Assembly (NCBI GenBank): GCA_944391785.1
Contig: CALXUX010000107.1
Span: forward strand, 1 to 48,267
DNA: 48,267 nt
Source: an uncultured Clostridia bacterium
Lineage (GTDB): Bacteria; Bacillota; Clostridia; TANB77; CAG-508
Direction: 5' to 3'
Part shown: in pieces, positions 1 to 10,198 of the stretch
Position numbering within the stretch: position 1 is the stretch's first letter
Layout: every line of letters begins with the position of its first letter
The notes under the pieces: generated by a model
Told to the model about the DNA's origin: nothing
Seen by the model: the letters and a program-made list of their open reading frames with translations, nothing else
The model's database searches: none
Made by a program: the position numbers and the translations under genes

Positions 1-440
1 TGTCCTTTTCCTAAGTCTTCAAGTCCTGCTCCTACTGGAAGTCCTCCTTCTGAGAATGCTGTTTGTGTTCTTCCATATACTATTTGTAAGAATAATTCTC
101 TCATAGCAGTATTTATTGCATCACATACTAAGTCTGTATTTAATGCTTCTAATATTGTTTTTCCAGTTAAGATTTCGCCTGCCATTGCTGCTGAATGTGT
201 CATTCCTGAGCATCCTATTGTTTCTATTAATGCTTCTTGGATTATTCCATCCTTTACATTTAATGTTAATTTACAAGCTCCTTGTTGTGGTGCACACCAT
301 CCTATACCATGTGTTAGACCTGATATGTCTTTTATTTCTTTGGCTTTTACCCATTTTCCTTCTTCTGGTATTGGTGCTGGCCCATGGTCTACTCCTTTTG
401 CTACTTTGCACATTTCTTCTAATTCTTTTGAATAAATCAT
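1..440 (-). CDS. NifU/IscU-like Fe-S scaffold family protein (type usually paired with a GGGtGRT protein); 3' end runs off the window
   Basis: Not in the ORF track. Manual translation from ATG at 440 gives MIYSKELEEMCKVAKGVDHGPAPIPEEGKW...GWCAPQQGACKLTL...IGCSGMTHSAAMA...LVCDAIN...GLEDLGKG; RBS AAAGGAG upstream. Confidence 0.8.
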   Translation of the reverse strand, partial: MIYSKELEEMCKVAKGVDHGPAPIPEEGKWVKAKEIKDISGLTHGIGWCAPQQGACKLTLNVKDGIIQEALIETIGCSGMTHSAAMAGEILTGKTILEALNTDLVCDAINTAMRELFLQIVYGRTQTAFSEGGLPVGAGLEDLGKG

Positions 441-607
441 ATTTATTTGCTCCTTTCTAATTTTGTTTTTGGAATAAATCCATTTATTTTGTTAGACTTT
501 TAGTCTAAAATTAATATCTGTTTATTAGTCTATTTTTTTATTTTTCTATTTCTTTATTTTTTATTATTTTTCCTTTATCCTTTTAATTTTATATTTTTTA
601 TCAATTC

Positions 608-1462
608 CTATTTTTCAGGCTTATCTTCTTCTAAAAAAGATAGTATCTGATTTTTAGTTTTTTTCTCGTGATTTGTAGATACTTTTTTTACATCTTCCAT
701 ACTTTCAAATTTCTCAATTTCATTATTAGATATTATATCTCTATTTGGTTCAATTTTAGTTTCTCTACTATTATTAAATAAAAATTCAGTATTCTTTTCT
801 TTTTCTTTGATTTCTTTATTCGTTTTATCTAATTCTTCTTTTCTATTTTCTTGGTAGAATTCTTGTTCTTCTTGTCCTGTTGTGTCATAATCTATTATAT
901 TTTTTATATCTTTTATGTATATCCCTGCTTCATATTTTTCTTCTCTTACATAGTTTTTGGCACCTGTAAGATACTTTTTTAGGATTTCTTTTTCTTCTTT
1001 ATTTACTTGTTCTAATCCGATTTTTAGATATTTATATCTCCAGATTATGTGTCTTGCAAAACTAGAATACTCAGAATTTAACAAATCATCATAACTATAT
1101 TCTATTTTAAATCTTGTATTTTCTATAGAAATTGTTATATTACTCCAAGTTTCACCTAATTCTATTTTTTTATATTCTTCTCTTAATGCTTTTATTTCAT
1201 TATATAATATTTCTACTAGTTCTAAGTATTCTTTTTCGTTTATATTAAATTTTGCAGGTATTTGATATACATTTACTGGATTCTTTTTTAATATTCCTTT
1301 TGGAATATAGTAGAAAAACATTTCACCTGTTTTTGTTCCATCATCTTTTTCTATTACTGATGCATAAAGATATAGTTTTTCCCATTTTTCTGGAATCATA
1401 TAAAATATTTTTCGTTGTATGTCTTCATATATTTCCTTTGTTTTTTGTGTTTGCTTTAACAT
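608..1462 (-). CDS. DUF600/YezG-like (immunity-type) domain protein with charged C-terminal extension
   Basis: N-terminal 'IYEDIQRKIFYMIPEKWEKLYLYASV...MFFYY' and 'WSNITISI...FKIEYSYDD' resemble the DUF600/YezG pattern; E/K/N-rich tail. Confidence 0.6.
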   Translation of the reverse strand: MLKQTQKTKEIYEDIQRKIFYMIPEKWEKLYLYASVIEKDDGTKTGEMFFYYIPKGILKKNPVNVYQIPAKFNINEKEYLELVEILYNEIKALREEYKKIELGETWSNITISIENTRFKIEYSYDDLLNSEYSSFARHIIWRYKYLKIGLEQVNKEEKEILKKYLTGAKNYVREEKYEAGIYIKDIKNIIDYDTTGQEEQEFYQENRKEELDKTNKEIKEKEKNTEFLFNNSRETKIEPNRDIISNNEIEKFESMEDVKKVSTNHEKKTKNQILSFLEEDKPEK

Positions 1463-1491
1463 TTTTACCCCTTTATAGCTTTATACTATTT

Positions 1492-3030
1492 TTATATCTT
1501 TTTTAGCAGACTTTTTCCTGTCATTTCTTTTGGTTTTTCTATTTTCATTAATTCAAGCATTGTTGGTGCTAAATCTGCTAATTTTCCATTATCCTCTAAA
1601 CCTAATTTTGGGTCTTGGGTTATTAATATTATTGGAACTGGATTTGTAGTATGTGCTGTATGTGGTTCTCCTGTTTTATAGTCTATCATTTGTTCTGCAT
1701 TTCCATGGTCTGCTGTTATTATTAGATTTCCTTGTTTTTCTTCTATTACTTTTACTACTCTTCCTACACATTCATCAACTGTTTCTACTGCTTTTATTGC
1801 AGCTGATAGATTTCCTGTGTGTCCTACCATATCTGTGTTTGCATAGTTTAGTATTATTACATCATATTTATCTTGCTTTAATGCTTCTATTACTTTGTCT
1901 GTTACTTCTGGTGCACTCATTTCTGGCTTTTGATCATATGTTTCTACTTTTGGTGATGGGACTAGTATTCTGTCTTCGCCTTTATATTGTTTTTCTTCTC
2001 CTCCATTAAAGAAAAATGTTACATGTGCATATTTTTCAGTTTCTGCAATTCTTAGTTGTGTTAATCCATGATTGCTTACTACTTCTCCGAATGTGTTTTT
2101 TAGAAGTTCTTTTTTAAATGCTATGTGAACATTTGGCATTGTTTCATCATAACTTGTAAAACATACAAAGTGTAAGTCTAATTTTTTTGTTTCGAATTCT
2201 TTAAAGTCTTTGTCTACTATTGCTCTAGTTATTTCTCTTGCACGATCTGGTCTGAAGTTAAAGAATATTACTGAGTCTCCATCTTGAATTTTGGCTATTG
2301 GTTCATCATTATTACAAATTACTGTTGGCTCTACAAATTCGTCAAATACTTCTTTTTGGTATGAGTCTTCTATTGCTTTTATTGCTGAAGTTGCTTTTAT
2401 TCCTTCTCCATTTACTATTGCATCATAAGATTTTTGTATTCTTTGCCATCTTTTATCTCTGTCCATGCTATAAAATCTTCCTGAGATTGTTGCAATTTTT
2501 CCTACACCTTTTTCTTTCATTTTTTCTTGTAGTTTTAAAATATATCCTTCTCCTGATGCTGGAGGTGTGTCTCTTCCATCTAAAAAGCAATGAACATATA
2601 CATCTTCAAAATCTCTTCTTTTTGCTAGCTCTAGTAATCCATATAGGTGTCTTATATGACTATGTACTCCACCATCTGATACTAATCCTAATATGTGTAA
2701 TTTTGTGCCTTTTTTCTTACAGTTTTCTATTGCTTCTATTAGTTCTGAGTTTGAGAAAAAGTCACCATCTTCTATTGATTTTGTAATTCTTGTTAATTCT
2801 TGATATACAATTCTTCCTGCTCCTATGTTTGTATGACCTACTTCTGAATTTCCCATTTGTCCTTCTGGAAGCCCTACATGTAATCCACTTGTGTATATTT
2901 CTGTATTAGGGTATTTTTTCATTAGTCTATCTATATTTGGAGTATTGGCAAGTTTTATTGCATTTCCATCTTTGTTTGGGTTGTCTCCAAATCCATCTAA
3001 AATCATTAACATTGTTACTTTATCTTTCAT
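1492..3030 (-). CDS. gpmI: 2,3-bisphosphoglycerate-independent phosphoglycerate mutase
   Basis: ILDGFG, MGNSEVGH, DGGVHSH, AETEKYAHVT, TADHGN motifs; 512 aa. Confidence 0.98.
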   Translation of the reverse strand: MKDKVTMLMILDGFGDNPNKDGNAIKLANTPNIDRLMKKYPNTEIYTSGLHVGLPEGQMGNSEVGHTNIGAGRIVYQELTRITKSIEDGDFFSNSELIEAIENCKKKGTKLHILGLVSDGGVHSHIRHLYGLLELAKRRDFEDVYVHCFLDGRDTPPASGEGYILKLQEKMKEKGVGKIATISGRFYSMDRDKRWQRIQKSYDAIVNGEGIKATSAIKAIEDSYQKEVFDEFVEPTVICNNDEPIAKIQDGDSVIFFNFRPDRAREITRAIVDKDFKEFETKKLDLHFVCFTSYDETMPNVHIAFKKELLKNTFGEVVSNHGLTQLRIAETEKYAHVTFFFNGGEEKQYKGEDRILVPSPKVETYDQKPEMSAPEVTDKVIEALKQDKYDVIILNYANTDMVGHTGNLSAAIKAVETVDECVGRVVKVIEEKQGNLIITADHGNAEQMIDYKTGEPHTAHTTNPVPIILITQDPKLGLEDNGKLADLAPTMLELMKIEKPKEMTGKSLLKKI

Positions 3031-3179
3031 AATTTTACCATCCTTCTTTTTTCTTAGAAAGCTTTGCTTTCTTTTGCATTATTTTAGTATTTACTTATTC
3101 TTTATGATTTAACTTTTTTATCCTAATCTTTTGTTTGTATATTTTACTTTAATTTGCCTTAATTTATTTTATTAGTTGT

Positions 3180-3935
3180 TTATTCTTCGTTAAATTTAAC
3201 TATTTTTGAAAATTCTTCTGGGTCTAGGCTTGCTCCTCCAACTAATCCTCCGTCTATATCTGACATATTAAATAATTCTTTTGCATTTTTAGATTTTACA
3301 CTTCCGCCGTATTGTATTATAACTCTTTCTGCTACGTTTTGTCCATAAATTTCTGCTATTTTTTTACGTATTTCTTTTATAGAATCATTTGCATCAACAC
3401 TTGTTGCTGTTTTTCCTGTTCCTATTGCCCAAATTGGTTCATATGCAATAATTGTGTTTTCAACTTGTTTTGGTGTTAAATCTTTTAATGAAAGTTCTGT
3501 TTGCATTGTTATTTTGTCTTTTGTTTTTCCTTTTTCTCTTTCTTCTAAAGTCTCTCCTACACATACTATTGGTTTTAATCCATTTTCAAATGCTGCTTTT
3601 ACCTTTTTGTTTACTGTTTCATCTGTTTCATTATAGTATTGTCTTCTTTCTGAATGTCCTATTATTACATATTCGACATTAATTGATTTAAGCATTTTTG
3701 CTGAAACTTCACCTGTATATGCACCTTTTTCTTCATAGTGCATATTTTGTGCACCTATTTTTATATTTGTATTTTGTGCTGTTAATAGTGCATAAAATAA
3801 ATCTACATATGGAACACATAGTATTACTTCATTTTTTGTATCTTTTAATAATTTTGATAGTTTTTCAATATATTCTATTGTTTCATTTGGAAGCATATTC
3901 ATCTTCCAGTTTCCTGCTATAATTTTTTTTCTCAT
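3180..3935 (-). CDS. tpiA: triosephosphate isomerase
   Basis: AGNWKMN, GHSERR, AYEPIWAIGTG, YGGSV, LVGGASL motifs. Confidence 0.99.
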   Translation of the reverse strand: MRKKIIAGNWKMNMLPNETIEYIEKLSKLLKDTKNEVILCVPYVDLFYALLTAQNTNIKIGAQNMHYEEKGAYTGEVSAKMLKSINVEYVIIGHSERRQYYNETDETVNKKVKAAFENGLKPIVCVGETLEEREKGKTKDKITMQTELSLKDLTPKQVENTIIAYEPIWAIGTGKTATSVDANDSIKEIRKKIAEIYGQNVAERVIIQYGGSVKSKNAKELFNMSDIDGGLVGGASLDPEEFSKIVKFNEE

Positions 3936-4144
3936 AAGACTCTCCTTTCATTTTATGGGTCTATAAAATATATTCTAATAGTTTTATTAATGATATTATT
4001 TTATATCAATTTATCTTACTTTTCAAGTATTTTTTATTTTTATATTTAAATAATCTATGCAAAAGTTAGAATTCACGGCTAATAATTTAAATATGTAGAG
4101 AAGTGCCAAGTGAAAGTAACATGCAAAATACTATATAATAAAAA

Positions 4145-4215
4145 AATAAATAGTAAGTTTTACCAATTAAATCATAAAATTTAATTTTAATGGCCAAATT
4201 TTCTTACTATTTATT
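4145..4215. terminator. long-loop inverted repeat downstream of the GT4 gene, probable terminator
   Basis: AATAAATAGTAAG (4145-4157) pairs with CTTACTATTTATT (4203-4215); the flanking A-run gives a U-tract on the minus strand. Confidence 0.5.
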
Positions 4216-4238
4216 CTATTTACATTTCCACACAAAAT

Positions 4239-5531
4239 TTATGCATATGCTTGACGTTTTCTAAAGTTAAGTAGATTTGTAATTTCATTATCTCCTTTGA
4301 TTGTTTTCTTTGTTTTCTTAGCTCTTTCTTGTTCAAGCTGTCTTTTTTGTTTTTCTGCTACTGATTGACAAATTGCTTTTTGATATGCAAAATGTGTGTC
4401 TTGAGCTATTTTATTCCAGTTATATTCATTTCTTACTTTATTTTTTGCTTTTTTTGTTATTTCTGCACATAATTTATGGTCATATAATAATTCCAATATT
4501 GAGTCTGCTATTGAATTTGGATTTCCTGCATAGCTTTTCATTCCATTTTCTTTATGTTGTACTATTTCATTTAATCCTCCAACATCTGATACCACTACAG
4601 GGTTTTCTGATAACATAGCTTCTAATGCTACTATTCCAAATGGTTCATAAGTACTTGGAAATACTGATATATCTGCTACTTTATACATTTTTTGAACATC
4701 TTTACCATATAGATATCCTGCAAAATAAACTTTTTGCGCAATACCTAATGCTTGTACTTGGGCTTTTAGTTCATCTATCATTCCACCCTTTCCACATATT
4801 ACTAATTTTGAATCATGATATCCATTTAATATTTTTGGCATTGCAGCTATCAAGTGTTGAACACCTTTTTCATATACTAATCTTCCCATAAATAGTATGA
4901 TTTTTTCATTATCCATTGCATATCTTCTTCTGAAGTTATAATCTCGTTCTATTCCACTGAATAAATTTAAATTTACTCCATTTGGTACTACATTTATTTT
5001 TTCATATGGAAGACCAAATAGCCTTTGTAATTCATTTTTCATGTAATTACTATTTACTATTACTTCTGATGCTTCATATGTAAGCATCCATTCTGTATCA
5101 TTTATGTATCTTTGGGTTTGGTCATGTATTCCACTGTTTCTACCTGATTCTGTTGCATGTATTGTTGCTACTATTGGAATATTGTATGAATTCTTTAGTG
5201 TTTTTGCAGCATAAGCTACTAGCCAGTCATGTGCATGGATTACATCAAATTTTCCTTCTTTTTCCATTATTTCATTTGCTTTTGCTATTAGATTAAAGTT
5301 TAGTTGCATTATCCAATCTATAAAATTATTTGGGTTTATCATATAATTATCTACACGATATACTTTTACACCCTTGTCATTTTCAAAATATGGTGCATCT
5401 CCTTCTTTGTATGTTACTACTGTTACATCATGTCCATCTTTTAAAAGTGTTCTTGATAAGTCATATACTACTCTAGCAATTCCCCCTACCACTCTTGGTG
5501 GATATTCCCAAGTTAACATCAATATTTTCAT
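4239..5531 (-). CDS. GT4 family glycosyltransferase (glycogen/alpha-glucan synthase-like)
   Basis: MLTWEYPP..VGG, IHAHDW, GRLVYEKG, YEPFGIVALEAM motifs. Confidence 0.9.
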   Translation of the reverse strand: MKILMLTWEYPPRVVGGIARVVYDLSRTLLKDGHDVTVVTYKEGDAPYFENDKGVKVYRVDNYMINPNNFIDWIMQLNFNLIAKANEIMEKEGKFDVIHAHDWLVAYAAKTLKNSYNIPIVATIHATESGRNSGIHDQTQRYINDTEWMLTYEASEVIVNSNYMKNELQRLFGLPYEKINVVPNGVNLNLFSGIERDYNFRRRYAMDNEKIILFMGRLVYEKGVQHLIAAMPKILNGYHDSKLVICGKGGMIDELKAQVQALGIAQKVYFAGYLYGKDVQKMYKVADISVFPSTYEPFGIVALEAMLSENPVVVSDVGGLNEIVQHKENGMKSYAGNPNSIADSILELLYDHKLCAEITKKAKNKVRNEYNWNKIAQDTHFAYQKAICQSVAEKQKRQLEQERAKKTKKTIKGDNEITNLLNFRKRQAYA

Positions 5532-5716
5532 TGATATACTTCCTTTCTTTTTATTTTCTTTTGTTTATGCACTGAAATTATTTTATACAATTTTTTTGTA
5601 AAAGTAAATGTTTTTTTTAATTTTTTTATATTTTTTTGTAATTAATTGTTTTAAATTTTTATGTTTTTTTACTTTAATACTTTTTTGAAATTATAACTTT
5701 TATTTTTTTATAAACT

Positions 5717-6544
5717 CTATTTCAAAATTTCTTCCAAAGCTTTCTTATATTCTTCTTCATTTGGTGCCTTTCCATGCCAACTTGCTTGATTTTCCATAAA
5801 TGATACACCTTTTCCTTTTATTGTTTTTGCTATGATGCATGTTGGTTTTCCTTTTATATTTTTTGCAACTTCAAATGCTTTTATTATTTCTTCTATATTA
5901 TGGCCATCAATTTTTATAATTTCAAATCCAAAACTTCTAAATTTTTCATCTATTGGATATGAACTCATTACTTCTTCAATTGTTCCATCAATTTGTAGAT
6001 TATTATTATCTATTATTACACACAAATTATCTAGTTTATATTTTTTTGCAGCCATTGCAGCTTCCCAAATTTGTCCTTCTTCTATTTCCCCATCACCTAA
6101 AATACAATATGTTCTATAATCTTTATTATCTAATTTTGCAGCCATTGCCATTCCATTTGCAGCTGAAAGCCCTTGTCCAAGAGATCCTGTTGACATATCT
6201 ACCCCTGAAATCTTTTTTAAATCTGGATGCCCCTGCAACATACCATTAATATTTCTAAATTTTTTTAGCTCTTCAACCGGAAAATATCCTCTATATGCAA
6301 GTGCTGAATATAATGCAGCACAAGCATGTCCTTTTGATAATACCAATCTATCTCTATTTTCTGCTCTTGGATTTTTAGGATCTATATTCATCTCATAAAA
6401 ATATAACACTGTAACTATATCTGCTATAGATAAAGCTCCTCCTGGATGTCCTGATTTATTACTATATACTGCCTCTATTATACCTACTCTAACTTTTTTT
6501 GCAATTTCTTCTAATTCTTCAATAGATAATTTTTGTTCTAACAT
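5717..6544 (-). CDS. tkt: transketolase, N-terminal (TPP-binding) subunit
   Basis: SGHPGG, SKGH, LQGHP, STGSLGQG, GDGE...NN TPP motif, WHGKAP; 275 aa split-type subunit. Confidence 0.93.
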   Translation of the reverse strand: MLEQKLSIEELEEIAKKVRVGIIEAVYSNKSGHPGGALSIADIVTVLYFYEMNIDPKNPRAENRDRLVLSKGHACAALYSALAYRGYFPVEELKKFRNINGMLQGHPDLKKISGVDMSTGSLGQGLSAANGMAMAAKLDNKDYRTYCILGDGEIEEGQIWEAAMAAKKYKLDNLCVIIDNNNLQIDGTIEEVMSSYPIDEKFRSFGFEIIKIDGHNIEEIIKAFEVAKNIKGKPTCIIAKTIKGKGVSFMENQASWHGKAPNEEEYKKALEEILK

Positions 6545-6850
6545 AATTTAAAACCCTTTCTTTATTTAAATTTTTAGTATTACTTATTTTATAATTTAAT
6601 TTTCTTTTATTTTATAATTTTATTTCCAATATTAATTATTTTACAACTTAATTTTTCTATTTTTCACAAATAAATTGTAACATAATACAAAAAAAAATTA
6701 TAGCTTTTTTTAACATTTTATAAAAATTACTACAATTATTATGACCAGTATTTTATAAAATATTTATATAATCTCCACTTGACGCGATTCATTTTAGCCG
6801 TGAATCGTAACAATATGTTACAAGTTATTCATACAAAAATGAATTTTTAC

Positions 6851-6879
6851 TTGATTTATTCACAATGATGTGATATTAT
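6851..6879 (+). promoter_or_regulatory. sigma-A-type promoter with extended -10
   Basis: TTGATT (6851-6856), 17 nt, TATTAT (6874-6879) preceded by TG; RBS AAAGGAG follows at 6901. Confidence 0.55.
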
Positions 6880-6914
6880 TAATTCATTATAATTTTTTTG
6901 AAAGGAGAGATTGT

Positions 6915-7109
6915 ATGTTCAATCTTCAAATCACTTTTAGAGGAACTCATCTTTATCATGACTCCATCAACTCCGCCTTATGTATAAAGCGGGAAAAGAT
7001 CAATGAATTAGCAAAGAAACATCATGGAAAACTGAAAAATGACAATACCATTGATTTTGAAGACGAAGAAGAGCTTATGAAATTTTGGTATGAATTCGTA
7101 GAACTATGA
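6915..7109 (+). CDS. small hypothetical protein (64 aa)
   Basis: RBS AAAGGAGA before ATG 6915, own promoter, downstream hairpin; MFNLQITFRG...MKFWYEFVEL; ends in TGA. Confidence 0.6.
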   Translation: MFNLQITFRGTHLYHDSINSALCIKREKINELAKKHHGKLKNDNTIDFEDEEELMKFWYEFVEL

Positions 7110-7117
7110 TGCAAAAG

Positions 7118-7160
7118 GAAATAATAGCAACTTAAAAACAATTTAGTTGCTATTATTTTC
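7118..7160. terminator. bidirectional terminator between the small ORF and ftsH
   Basis: AAATAATAGCAACT / AGTTGCTATTATTT inverted repeat between convergent genes. Confidence 0.7.
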
Positions 7161-7219
7161 TTTTATAAATATTTAATTTTTCATTTTCAAACTTTATTTT
7201 ATATAGATTTTTTATAAAT

Positions 7220-9047
7220 CTATTCTCCTTCAAAAAATCTTGCAAATTCTTTTTCATTAACTTTTTCTTGTCTTAATAAAGTTTGGGCAATTAAGTCTAA
7301 TTTATCTCTATGAGCAATTAGAAGTTTTTGGGCATTTTCATATGCTTCATCAATCAACTTTTTAACTTCTTCACCAATTTTATCACCTATATTTTCTCCA
7401 AACATTTGAATTTCATATGGTTCTTTTCCTTGAAAGTCAATTGGTCCTAGCTTATCACTCATACCATATTTGGTAACCATTTCTCTTGCAATTTTAGTTG
7501 CAACTTCTATATCATTAGTTGCTCCTGTTGAAATATCATCTAATACTAGTTTTTCTGCAGCTCTTCCTCCTAGAAGTGCAATTAATTTTTCTTTCATTTC
7601 TGTTTTTGAGATATAATATTTATCTTCATCTGTTTTATACATAGTATAGCCACCTGCAACACCTCTTGGAATTATTGAAACTTCTTTTACATTTGCTTGT
7701 GTTGGTAAATATCTGCTTACTACAGCATGTCCTGCTTCATGATATGCTGTTAATTTTTTGTCTTTGTCTGATATTATTCTTTCTTTCTTTTCTAGTCCTA
7801 CTGTTACTTTTTTTACTGCTTCTTCTATATCGTCGTTTTCTATTTCTTCGTGTTCATTTTTTGTTGCTATTATTGCTGCTTCATTTAATATGTTTGCAAG
7901 TTCTGCTCCTGTAAATCCTGCTGTATCTTCTGCGATACTTTCTAAGTTTACATCTTCTGATAGGCGTTTTCCGCTTGCTATGAATTTTTAATATTTCTAG
8001 TCTTCCTCTTAAATCTGGTGTTGGAATTGTAATTTGTCTGTCAAATCTTCCTGGTCTTAATAATGCTTTATCTAACATTTCTGGTCTATTTGTTGCTGCA
8101 ATTACAATTATTGTTTCTTCTGATTCAAATCCATCCATTTCTACTAGTAATTGATTTAATGTTTGGTTATTTTCTGATTCTGCTCCACCATTTGAATTTC
8201 TTCTTGAACCTATTGCATCTATTTCATCTATAAATATTATGCAAGGTGCAAGTTTTCTTGCTTTTTCAAATAGTTTTCTTACTCTTGAGGCACCAAGTCC
8301 TGCAAACATTTCGATAAATTCTGATCCACTCATTGAAATAAATGGAACATTTGCTTCTCCTGCTATTGCTTTTGCAATTAGTGTTTTTCCTGTTCCTGGT
8401 TTTCCATAAAGTAGTACTCCTTTTGGAATTTTAGCTCCCATTTTTGCATATTTTTCTGGTTTTTTAAGAAAATCTACTATTTCTATCATTTCTGCTTTTT
8501 CTTCTTCTAAGCCTGCTACATCTTTGAATGTAACTTTTGTTTTTCTTTCTGTTTCTTCATAAACTTTTCCTTTTTCTCCTAGACCTTGCAATTTAAATAT
8601 CATTACAAATAATGCTACCATTATTAGTGTTGGTAATAAACTTACTATTATTGATGGTATTTGCACAAGTACACTTCTTGATTTTTGTATTAATTCTATT
8701 TCGTTTCCATCTAAGCTTTCTGTTTGTATTAAATTTACAAAAGCTTCTGTATTTGGGACTATTGCTGTTTTTTCTTCTTCTTGATCTTTCATTTTTACTT
8801 TTACTGTTGTGCTTCCAACTGTCATTTCGACTTTTTCTACATTTTGTGCATCAATTTCTTTTATAAGATCTGTGTATGCTAAGGTATTTTCATCTTTTTC
8901 TTGTTTACCCTTCATAAACCATATACCAAGTAGTGTTGCTATTATTAATATTATAAGAATTATTGTAAGCCCTATGATTAATTTTGTATCTTTTTTATCT
9001 CCATTATTTCTGCCATTATTTTTGCCTTTTTTTTCTTTTCCTTCCAT
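7220..9047 (-). CDS. ftsH: ATP-dependent zinc metalloprotease FtsH, split by a +1 frame change at CGG 7971-7973 (about 608 aa when joined)
   Basis: Frame 0 has two TM helices, [15 protein letters not shown] and RPGRFDR, ending ILKIHSK-CGG. The +1 frame continues [33 protein letters not shown]...HEAGH...GATNDI, open to 7220. Confidence 0.93.
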
Positions 9048-9112
9048 TATTGATTTGCTTCAACTCCTATCTTTAAATTTTTTTATCTTAACTTTTTAAC
9101 TTTTAAAAAGTT

Positions 9113-10198
9113 TTATCCTTCTTGTGGTTCTTGACCTAAATTGTTGTCTTTTTCATTTTTGTGTTTAGTCTTTTCTTCTTTTTCTTTTTCTTTTTCTTCC
9201 CTTTCTTTTTCTTTGTCTTGCTTATCTATCTCTTTTTTTTCTTCTTCATTTTCTATTTCTTCTTTTATATTCTTTTGAACTTCTACTATCTTAATTAATT
9301 CATTTTGTTTTTTTATAAATTCTGATTTTATTATAAATATTGCTGCAACTAAGTAAACTGTTGCAATTGATATATACATTGGGTCAAAATATTTAATTGA
9401 AAAATCTATAAATACATTTATTAAAGTATAAATCATATAAAGTATTGTAGATAAAGTAATAGAATATATTGCCATGTTAAATATAGCAACATACCTCATT
9501 TTCAATTTTGTAATTAAATTTGCAATACATCCAAATATACTTACAAATATAGCATATGTTAAAATATTCAAAAAATAAATTACAAATGTATATACAAATA
9601 ATAAAATAAATATACTAATATAAATATTAACTAATTGTGAACTACTAAGAATATTTATAACATCTGATTTTTGGAATGAAGTTATTCCCATTTGATTTAA
9701 TAATTCTGAATAATTATATATTGCAGTTCCAGATGCCATTTCTGTTTTTACTATAATTCTATTTTTTAATATAATTACTCCATTTCCGTTTTCTGAAATT
9801 GTATTTATATATTCATTAACTTTATTTTCATCTTCTGTTTTTGTGTCTATTATAATTTTTCCTATTCCTTCATTTTCTTTGAGTATTACATCTTCTGATT
9901 TTACATCTAGAACTCCATCATTATATGAAAAATCAGGGAAATTATTTTGTAACTCTTCTTTTGCATCATTTAACATTAAATTTAATTGATATAAGATTCC
10001 TGCAACTGATATTACAGCAAATATTGAAACTAATTTGATTAAATATATTAATGCTTTAGGAACTCCTTGTGCTGCTAATTCTGGATATTTTTCTATTTTA
10101 AATATGGAATTAAATAGACTTTTAAAAAAGCCATTATCTTTCTTCTTTTCTTTATTTTGTGTATTATTTTCTGGATTTATACTTTTATTTTCACTCAT
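9113..10198 (-). CDS. DUF1189-like multi-pass membrane protein with charged C-terminal tail
   Basis: One N-terminal TM, a soluble loop, 3-4 C-terminal TMs, E/K-rich tail; overlaps the alr stop. Confidence 0.6.
   Translation of the reverse strand: MSENKSINPENNTQNKEKKKDNGFFKSLFNSIFKIEKYPELAAQGVPKALIYLIKLVSIFAVISVAGILYQLNLMLNDAKEELQNNFPDFSYNDGVLDVKSEDVILKENEGIGKIIIDTKTEDENKVNEYINTISENGNGVIILKNRIIVKTEMASGTAIYNYSELLNQMGITSFQKSDVINILSSSQLVNIYISIFILLFVYTFVIYFLNILTYAIFVSIFGCIANLITKLKMRYVAIFNMAIYSITLSTILYMIYTLINVFIDFSIKYFDPMYISIATVYLVAAIFIIKSEFIKKQNELIKIVEVQKNIKEEIENEEEKKEIDKQDKEKEREEKEKEKEEKTKHKNEKDNNLGQEPQEG

Noticed and set aside
1-440. First partial gene as the transketolase C-terminal subunit
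   Set aside because: Translation shows the Cys-containing NifU-like pattern (GWCAPQQGAC, IGCSGMTHS), not transketolase motifs.
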